Positions 54,745-64,000 of a stretch of 64,000 nucleotides of DNA are shown one piece after another. This DNA is from Octopus vulgaris (lineage: Eukaryota). A program made the translations under genes and the position numbers. Every line of letters starts with the position of its first letter. Position 1 is the first letter of the stretch. Under the pieces are notes generated by a model. It searched no databases, was not told the DNA's origin, and worked only from the letters and a program-made list of their open reading frames with translations. The stretch spans positions 49,414,001-49,478,000 of the forward strand of contig OX597825.1 of assembly GCA_951406725.2 (NCBI GenBank), in the 5' to 3' direction.

Positions 54745-55377
54745 CATAAATATGTGTATAAATATGCAAGTATGTATATACAGACAAATACACATAACTC
54801 AAGCATATTATCTGTGGGACTGCTGTATAGTGGTTCAAAGTAATCTAACATGCTTCAATAATAAAAAGACTAAACGTTTACCGTTATAGACATGTATCTG
54901 TTAAGGTAATGTTTTATAGGAAATGAAATCTCATGCATTTATCTATAGCGCAAAAAACTGCCTGCAATCGTAAATGTATTGAACAATTTATAAAAAAAAT
55001 AGCTTATAATTATGATTTTAATTTCGACCTCAGATACAGTCGCATGATTATTTTGCACATTGTACTGAATTTTGCACCTTTTATCGTATACAATTGCAGT
55101 AGAAAATATTTTATGGTTGTATACTTTGCGAGTTCTGTCCTAATGTATTGAAATTCATTATCTCCACAGATATATCAGCATTACTTAATCTAAGTCACTT
55201 TGACCTTGCTAGAATTAAATCGAATCAAATTGACACTTCGACGATGGCAATCTTTTGGTACTCTCTGGTGTTTTTATAGTATTATTCTTAATTAGATATA
55301 GTGCAACTGGAGGAATATTTAGCATTTTCCTTGTCACTACAGTACTTCAGGTGTCTTCTTGTAACCCTACTTACACG

Positions 55378-55553
55378 TTGAGCTAGAAGAGTCATTAGCA
55401 CGTTAGGTAAAATATTTTATCCGTCTTACATTCAGTGTCCCAAATCTTCCGGGATGGATAAAATAAGAACCAGTTGAATAATGGCGTCTATGTAATCGAC
55501 TTTACCCCCCACCCATCCGAAATTGCTCAGATTGCGCCAACATTAGAAACCAA
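55378..55553 (+). mobile_element. SINE family B, degenerate
   Basis: GATAAAATAAGAACCAGTTGA...TGTAATCGACTT...TTGCGCCAACATTAGAAACC. Confidence 0.6.
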
Positions 55554-55729
55554 TATCTATCGCCACTACTATTCTAAATGCAACTAGATAATTTTATACT
55601 ACGTTCTGTACAATTTGTTGATGAAGGCTTAGATTAGAAATTTTTTTTTTAAATATCGTAAGTCTCTTTCTTTAGTAGTACCATGTGATGGCCATAAATT
55701 CCTTTTCTCTATATGTGTGTGTATATACA

Positions 55730-55782
<53 letters not shown>

Positions 55783-56102
55783 GTGCGTATGTGTATATAT
55801 ATAGATATATATAAATATAAATATACATACACACACACACATGTATATAGATACATAGATACATACATGCATGCACATACATACAGGCGCGCATTAAGCT
55901 GACGTTTTGTAACACTCTTTTTTTCAAATTTCTCGCGACGTTACAATGTCCTCCATTTATATTCTGGCGATTTATGACACATTTTCTTGAACGTATTTAT
56001 TTGCTACATTCAAACACTGTTTTGATATTCATATTTGAGCTTCATTTCGAAATGAATGGAAGCAAATGTATTCAAATCCGTCTCCATATTAATTTATTTT
56101 AA

Positions 56103-56275
<173 letters not shown>

Positions 56276-58468
56276 GTCTGTATGCCGGTGTGTACGTATG
56301 TATACGCGAGTGTTTATACCTACTTGGAATTTATTTATATCTCTATTCACTCATGAATGTTCGTGTTTGATTTTTTTAACGTAAATACAAGTTGACTGCC
56401 ATTAAAAAATGTTTATTCAAATAAATTCATTTAAAATTTTTACATTACGTAAACATTAACATGTTTTATCCACCGTTATACTACAATAAAGAACTTATAG
56501 AATTTTCCTTAGATATTTATTTACACATTTGTTAATCATATTCAGATGTGAAATATTCTATCGAAGTTCTCCGTTGCAAATATTTTGCTATAAATACAGG
56601 AAAGTTAAATTTGACTTGGTTTTGTTTTGTTTCATGTAGTCTATTGCGCCTATAGTTTTACAAAGCTGTCCCTTATTCTTATTGAATACAACACATCTCC
56701 ACCCTCCTCACAATGTTCTTTTATCATCAGTACATATAAAATTTTTGTCAAATGTCTAAAATATTTAGAAAACGGACATTTTATTCAATCTTATTAACAT
56801 AGTGATTAGTCAAAAGATAAGAGTGAGTGTTGCATTCTCACTCATAATAAATGTATAATATAGTACTTCATTGCTAATTGGTATGGAGCTCTATTAAATT
56901 TGAAGTTATTAAATGCAGTCACCAAAAATTTGCTTTCTGATAGCATCTTCTTGTATTGAGTAAATTGCAAAATATCTTAGCAGCAAAATGCTGAAGCAGT
57001 ATATTAATGTAATTAATAAAACCTTGCCATATTTACAAGATAATTTAACTGAAAGGTCTCTTGCAGGAGACAAATCTCTATATTATGTAATGAACATGGG
57101 AAGATATTTCCTTTGAAAATATACACAAAACTATAAACATACAATAGCTCTTATATTAAATACAAGTTTCAAAGTAGTGAATTCTTTCATGAAGACAGTC
57201 TGTGTTGACATTCTGAATGCAATCATTTCTATCATATTGAGAAGAAATAACTACAGCTTTCTGAAAGATATGTAAAATGACTTTAATTTCTGTTTGCCGT
57301 TGTAATATAACTGACTAATATACGATAAATCGACTTGCGCTTATGAATGCATTTTCAACTTAATTTACACTAACATACGCCATTCTAGGATCAAAATTCT
57401 GTACATTAGATTTTACTTTGAGCATTTGATATTTCCTGCAACGGAATATTCTGTCATTCCTTATTTGATTATCAAATTAAAGTGTGTATCCATATGTATT
57501 ATACCGTCCATATCTTTCTCAGTTATATCAGCAATTCTCTTTCTTGATGTCAGCTAATCATCATCACTTTGTATCTAAAGAATATGTCTAACACAATAAT
57601 AACTTTTGAATTCAGAAAATATTTCGAGTTATTATATTGTATATTATATTTTAGGATTTGTTTTCAATAACCCCATTATTTTGTCGTATATTTCCTGTTA
57701 TATCTTACATCTTACATAATACATAACGATTATTCATAATGTAATTGATTAAATAACTCCCAAACAATTAATATCTTATTTATCACAAGAAAAGATTTTC
57801 AATATCCACGTCACATTGCAGGTTATAAGACCACATTTTATAAACAGCATAACATAATTTCCTACACATCTCAACTACTTGTGGAAAACTTAATCTGCAA
57901 ACTTAGATGTCTTCGCCAGTAAGCTTAAATCAACTTAGACGAATAGTTATGAATTTAACAAAAAACTAAAATCAAAGAAGCAAATTTCACAAAAATAACC
58001 ACAAATGAGTACGTTATATTTTACGTCATACTTCATAATTTGTTTAACATTGTTGCATAGTCAGATACGTTTACCGTTGACTAACCCAATCATTATACTA
58101 ATATCTATATCCCATAGTACTGACATTCGTTATCTACTGAGATATATTAGCGACAATTCCTCTCGGTCACTTATGTCTATGAATCATATATATAGATTCA
58201 ATTCGAATCAAATGACTAGTTCTGCTGTAATGAACTTCTTTCCATTACTCTGACCTTTGTATAGTCACATTCTTAATTACATCTACTGTCACTAGAAATC
58301 CGTTACAATTTTCCTTGCCATTTCGCCACTTCAAAATGTTTACTTCTAACATTATCCTACATATGATAAGATAATATACATGATCCTAATCAACACAACT
58401 GTGTAAGTCCCATGACATATCACTTGATCTTGTGATTTATATTTCTTTCCTTGTTCAACTTTCGGCGA

Positions 58469-59214
58469 TTAGCTCCTCCATTCTCTCTTCCTTGACATAG
58501 CCTCCTCAAAATCAGCTCTCTGTTCTTCTTCCTGTCTGTCTTTCTTCTCCTTTATCACGCCTTCTTGCGTTTCCATTTCTATATTTTCCACTATTTCTGG
58601 GCACCTTCTTCTAATGTGACCTCCTTTGCCACATTTATAGCACTTTGGAGGTGTTCCTTCCAACACTATATCCAGCTTGTATTCGTTTGGCAGTTCCAGT
58701 GTCTCCGGTATGATATCATATACTCTCTGACTTGCTGTGAAAACCAGCTCGAAACCATACCCCCAATAATTTATTTGTTGGGTTCTGGTTATCATAACTA
58801 CCTCTACGTCTTCCTTTTTACCCATTCCGACTCTATTTTTGGCAGGATCCTACTCACCCTAATCCTCGTTGGACACCTACCCAGATGATTGGGAAAGAGC
58901 ATCCAATTTTCTCCAGTTAACGTCTTATTGGCGTATTTCCTTGCTGCCTCCTCCGATACAAATGTGATCTCTACAGACGCGTATGTCTTGCCTCTTGTGA
59001 AAAAGGACACATCTTTTAATTCCTTCAAATACTCTTCCACCTCCTCCTTTTTTGCGCTCTCTATTCTTTTATTTTTCCTTGAAAACGAGCTATATTCCTC
59101 CAACTTAATTTTCATTTTCGCCTTTTCCTCCTCTGATGGGGTGAACTTTACGTTTGGCCCCTCCTTCTGTAACATCTCTAGATATTTTCCAAATTTCTCA
59201 GCCATGTCCTTCAT
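58469..59214 (-). mobile_element. L1/Tx1-like ORF1 (gag-like, CCHC zinc knuckle), one frameshift
   Basis: Overlapping ORFs 58804-59214 and 58469-58825; RRM-like VEITFVSEEAA...TRIRVSRILP and zinc knuckle PPKCYKCGKGGHIRRRCP. Confidence 0.75.
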
Positions 59215-59442
59215 TCCAGCGCATTTCGTATTGCTTCTGCAGGCCTGGGACGACGGAAGCCCAACTCCCTGTCGCTGTCACATATGTCTTCATTTTCTCC
59301 ATCTCATTACATTGCATTGTAATTTTATTCATTTCACATTCATCTTTTCATGTGCTTTTTGTTCCTGCATGTCTGTGTATGTCCTTTCTGTGTTTAGGCC
59401 TTGTGTCAGTAATAAAGAGTTAACCTCTAACGGAACAATTAT

Positions 59443-59487
59443 TCTGTGCTGATGAAAGGAAACAACCCGAAAATCACGATGTACAGA
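59443..59487 (+). ncRNA. Degenerate type I hammerhead ribozyme
   Basis: tctgtg-CTGATGA-a-agg(aaacaa)ccc-GAAA-atc ac gat-g-tacaga; stems I and III pair, but G sits at the cleavage position. Confidence 0.5.
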
Positions 59488-59689
59488 TATTGTTTTGAGC
59501 TGAGTGGGGGTGCTAGATTCTCTTGTTCGAATATGTAAGGCTACAGATCGTGTAGTATAACCAGCTGGAGACGATGTCTCCTGGGGCTAAATTACAGCAA
59601 AATTCGTGCTAGACTGGGATCGCCATGTTATGTTGGCAAACAATCTTTACTACAAAGTACTGTTGCTGAATATCTCACGTTGTGAGATT

Positions 59690-60980
59690 TAAAAATAGTA
59701 ATTTTCTAAAGATGCTAAATGGTTGAGGGAATTAAGATCGGAAAAATATGAAGCGAAACAGAGCAATACTAGTTTAATGATTGAAATGTTGACCGAACAG
59801 ACAACAAACATCCCGAACTGGAAATGCCTGTTATTGGTTGAAGAATTTTCCAGAACTATACAGAAGAATAGCAACGCAAATTGATGAAATGATCAACAAC
59901 GGGGCGCAAATCTCAAAGTCTCTGACCATAGGTTAAACAATTCTTCGCCAAAGCGATTTCAATAAAGTCAATGCAGTGGATAAAAACCGGTCTATCACCT
60001 GCGAGCACCTGATGTGGAAGCTGATGAGAGGGATAATATCTAATTATTTGTATATCTTTCCCGGAAATGAATATGCGAGAGGCATATTTCAAGAAGAAAA
60101 CCATTGCTGTTTGGGATTTGTATGATACCCCTCACACAGACTCTACGGAAAGTAATATCGTGATACACATTGAAAAGAGAAGGAAAACTAAATCAACTGT
60201 TATATATGGCTAACATAAATATATTTGGGAACACCGACCTTGAAATAGTGGGCCTAGTTTCATTAGGGTAGATATTCAGTAAGGATATCGGAATGGAATC
60301 TGGGACTAAAATGTGTGTTATACCTATAATACAAAATGGAAAAGAACTGTCGTGTGATGGTGTAGAACCAGCCGCAAGGATACGGTAACTAATGGATATA
60401 ATTATCTGGGTATTTCCGAATATTTCAAAAACAAGGAAAATAAAATTAAGCAAAGCTTAATTTCAGCAGAACCAAATGAATTATGGGAAGTAGGGTCAAT
60501 GGAAAAAAACAAAATCAGGGCAATGAATACTTGGGCTATTTCCTTAATGTAATACGGTGCAGGCGTTTTTAGGTGAACAAGGAACGAACTTGAGGAAATG
60601 GACAGGAAAACTAGAAAAGTGATGACAATTAACAAGGAACTACATCACAAAAGTGATACTGACAGACTGTATGTGCCTAGGAACATGGGAAGAAGAGGTA
60701 TCAAAGGATGCAAGATCTGTGTTGTCAACGAGAATAACAGAGTGAATACTTGCTTGCTGCTGTTAGAATTAACAATTCAATACCTACCAAAGGTGTGATG
60801 CACCCACACATATTTAAGGAATAAGATGAAAAAGAAAGAAAAAAGAATTGCAAAAATGAAATCACTGCATGGGCAACACCTCAGAGAAGTCGAAGGAAAA
60901 GACAAGACAATACTTGGAAATGGTTAAAAAAAAGTGACCTGAAAGGAGGTACTGAGTTTTTAATATACAACGCCTAGTAA
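59690..60980 (+). mobile_element. Degenerate, internally deleted R4/Dong LINE
   Basis: DIGMESG, YLGI, NKIRAMNTWAISL, MDRKTRKVMTINKELHHKSDTDRLYVPRNMGRRG, LHGQH. Confidence 0.8.
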
Positions 60981-61089
60981 AAATCTGAGAAGTTTTCACC
61001 AGGTTCCAAATAGATAAGTGCAGCGAATCTCATATTTCTAGGATGTGGGGCAGCAAAAACGAAAGAATCTCATATTTTGAATGATTTTG

Positions 61090-61935
61090 GGCGCCATGTC
61101 AGATTTTGGGTGCTGCATCCTATATCCTGTCATTGTGTTTCCTGGTTTTCTGTCAATTTTGATTTGCCCTTTTAGCGTCCAGTTAAGAATATTGTAGCTG
61201 TAACTTATAAGTCGGGCAGCTACAGCGTTAATACCTATAATCTTGTTTTTCACATTGAGCTCTGTTTACAATATCTAACTAACTCGTTTGTAGTATTCCT
61301 TATTCTATCCTCTCTTTCATTTGTGTGTGTTGGATAGTATCTAGTTCATTGATTCCCTTTGTCTAATTCTATTATTTCATTTGTTTTTCTAGTTCGATGT
61401 TGTTACTCTTAAATAGTTTTCCTGTTTTCAAGGTTGCTTTGGCACGTTTTTCTAAGCCAAATTTCATATTTATCTTATTGGTAAATCTATGTACTGTCTG
61501 TAGAAATGTGTCCATCTGTTTATCATTCGTAGCGTACAGTTTTAGATCATCCATATACAAGAAGTGGTTGATTGTTTTGCCGTAACAGTGGTATCCACAT
61601 CCAGTTATGTGTAGCATGTCAGATAAAGGTGTCAGTGCCCTGCAGTAAATAAATGAAGAGAGTGTATTTTCCTGGAATATTCCTCTTCTTATGGGGGTGG
61701 CTTTGGTTTTCATGGGTTTTAGGATTGTTTGCCATTTATTCATGGCAAACAGTCTAATACAACTTATGATTATTGATGCTACCTTGTTCATGCTTGGCGT
61801 TTCTAGGCTCAATGCTGTGGAATAATCTTTTATCAAAACCTTTCGTTAATCAATTTAAGCCATACTTAGACCTTTCTTCTTTTTTCGGCTGTCTTCAGCT
61901 ATGTCTTTATTGGTCAGTAGTTGATCTTTTGCTCT
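61090..61935 (-). mobile_element. R4/Dong LINE RT fragment
   Basis: IRRGIFQENTLSSFIYC..LTPLS...INHFLYMDDLKLY...INMKFGLEKRAK. Confidence 0.9.
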
Positions 61936-61944
61936 TTTTATTAT

Positions 61945-64000
61945 CAGTATTCTTATGTAGTCTTATATTTATCACGTGCATTCATTGCATTACCTATCGC
62001 AGCTCTGTGTGTTTTGGATATGTACTGTTGTCTGTTGTGATGTTTTTATTTCTACTGAATTGAAAGTGTTATAGGTAGGATGTGTGTGGTCCCTAATTGC
62101 GATATCTTCTGTATGTTATATATACTTGTTAGTTCTGGTGTTTTGAAATGTGTTTTTCGAATATTCATTTTTTCATACTTTATGCACCTACTATGATAGG
62201 AATTCTTTTGTTTTTAGATTCCACATTCGAGTTATCTCTATTTCCAGGTCGTTGTATTTTGAAAGTTTCTCCATTTCTTTTAGAGACACGTTGTCATCTG
62301 TTGGTATTGATACATCGATTAGAAAGCATAATTTTCGTGATGACCTCTGACAACTTCATATCTGTGTATTGGCATACCCCATAATATGGTTGCTTTCTCA
62401 TTTTCTGTGACATTTTCTGGTGTATGCCTATACCATTTTTTCTGTTGTTATTCCAAAGTGTTGGCATAGCTTCCAGTATATATAACTTCCAACTCTTTCA
62501 TGTTTGTGACTATATACCTTCATAACCAGGACTGGGCAGTCAGAGACAATATGGTTTATTGGTTCTTGTCCACCTCCACATATTCTGCGGTTACCTTTGT
62601 TTCTTTTCATTATATAGTTTTGGTCATTTTTGGTGAGGTGGCTTTGGCATTGTGCTGCAATAAAAATTCTTCAGTCTCTATCAAGAGTTCTGAGCCCCTT
62701 AGCCATTGCTGGGATTTTGCTTTGCCTATTTGTTTTGCGTTTAGTTTAACCCAGTATTTGCCATGACGGGGCTTTTCTTGCCATCGTCTATCATGATCCG
62801 TTGCTGTTCCGGTTTTAGTTTCGATTCCAGTTGTTTTACAGATTTTCTTTTCTTCATAGCTGTTTGGTACCATGACTTCCTTTTTGTATTTATCAGCTTC
62901 CCTAATGACTGAAAACTGTTATCCTCTTACATCCTGTCATTCTTCTTGTTTTCCTATCTATTTTGATCAGTTTATTAATTTCCAGTTAAGGATATTGTAG
63001 CTGTAACTTATAAATGGGTCGGCTATTATCTTGTTTTTTGCATTTAACTCGGTTTTCATTATAATCTAACTCGCCTGTAGTATTATTTTTTAATTTTCTC
63101 TTTCATTTGTGTGTGTAGGATCGTATCTAGTTCATTGATGCCTAAGTATTTGTACGACTGGCCTAATGCTCTTATTTCGTTTGCTTTATCTAGTGTGAAT
63201 TTGCTACTCTTAAATAGTTTTCTCTTATCAAGGTTGCTTTGGCACATTTTTCTAAACCAAATTTCACGTCTATTTTTTTTGTAAATCCATGTACTGTCTG
63301 TAGCAATGTTTCCAGCTGTTTGTAGCGTACAAATTTAGATCATACATATATAAGATGTGCTTAATTGTTTTCTCGCAACAGTTATATCCACATCCAGTTC
63401 TATTTAGTATGTCAGATAACGGTGTCAGTACCAAACAGAAAATGAGTGTTGAGGGTGTGTCTCCCTAGAATATTCCTAATCTAATGGGGATGGCTTTGAT
63501 TTTTATGAGTCTCTCTTTTAACTGGAGCTGTAGCACTGTCTGCCGTTTATTCATGGAATGTTTTATGTATTTTATGATTATTGGTGTTACTTTCTTCATG
63601 GGTAGTGTTTCCAGGATCCATGTGCGGGAAACACTATCAAAAGCTTTTCGGTAAACGATGTAGGCCATACTTAGACGCTTCTTTCTGCGGCTGTCTTCAG
63701 TTATGGTTTTATTGCTCAATAGCTGATGTTTAAAGCCGTATGAGCTTTTGAAACATCCCTTCTGCTCTTCTGGAACCAGGTTGTTTTCTTCCAGATACTT
63801 TTTCTTTCTCTGCGACATAATAGCAGTACAAGTATTGTAAATTGTAGGGAGACAAGTTATCGGTCTGCAATTTTGTGGATTTGCTGTTTTAGTGGATTTG
63901 GGAATTAGGATAGTTTTCCTTTCTGTGAGTCATTCAGGCAGTCTCTGGATCAGATAGAGTTTCATGAAATTTCTCAGCCTGCTTTTTATGTGTTCCTGTA
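61945..64000 (-). mobile_element. R4/Dong LINE (RT to 3' UTR), runs off the window
   Basis: EEQKGCFKSSYGFKHQLL...YRKAFDSV...IRLGIF, HGKYW, NHIVSDCPVL...HERVG and the RLE domain; the 3' UTR matches 29671-29760. Confidence 0.9.

Overview
AT-rich eukaryotic DNA packed with microsatellites ((TA)n, (CA)n, (GA)n, (TAA)n, (TAGA)n) and decayed retroelements. The SINE families and composition point to an octopus or other coleoid cephalopod genome, in intronic or intergenic sequence (my inference). I could not identify an intact protein-coding gene; almost all supplied ORFs are microsatellite artefacts or broken transposon fragments. Recognisable content: (1) eight fragments of R4/Dong-type non-LTR retrotransposons (RT plus restriction-like endonuclease), several ending in (TAA)n; (2) a ~550-bp non-coding element in three copies, always inside (TAA)n; (3) two L1/Tx1-like fragments; (4) two Penelope-like GIY-YIG relics; (5) two mariner relics and one maT/Tc1-like relic; (6) more than 20 tRNA-derived SINE copies of several families, some nested or with target-site duplications. 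Most interesting: a ~600-bp unit (33531-34133) with ~105-bp terminal direct repeats around a near-canonical type I hammerhead ribozyme, a retrozyme/circular-RNA-like retroelement; more hammerhead relics (5571, 19668, 37272, 59443); a 437-bp foldback with 197-bp arms (23170-23606); and a 64-nt near-perfect hairpin (37634-37697). Non-repetitive islands at ~17.3-18.3 kb and ~44.1-44.7 kb may be first exons/promoters of a minus-strand host gene. Ends of decayed repeats are approximate and were read by eye.
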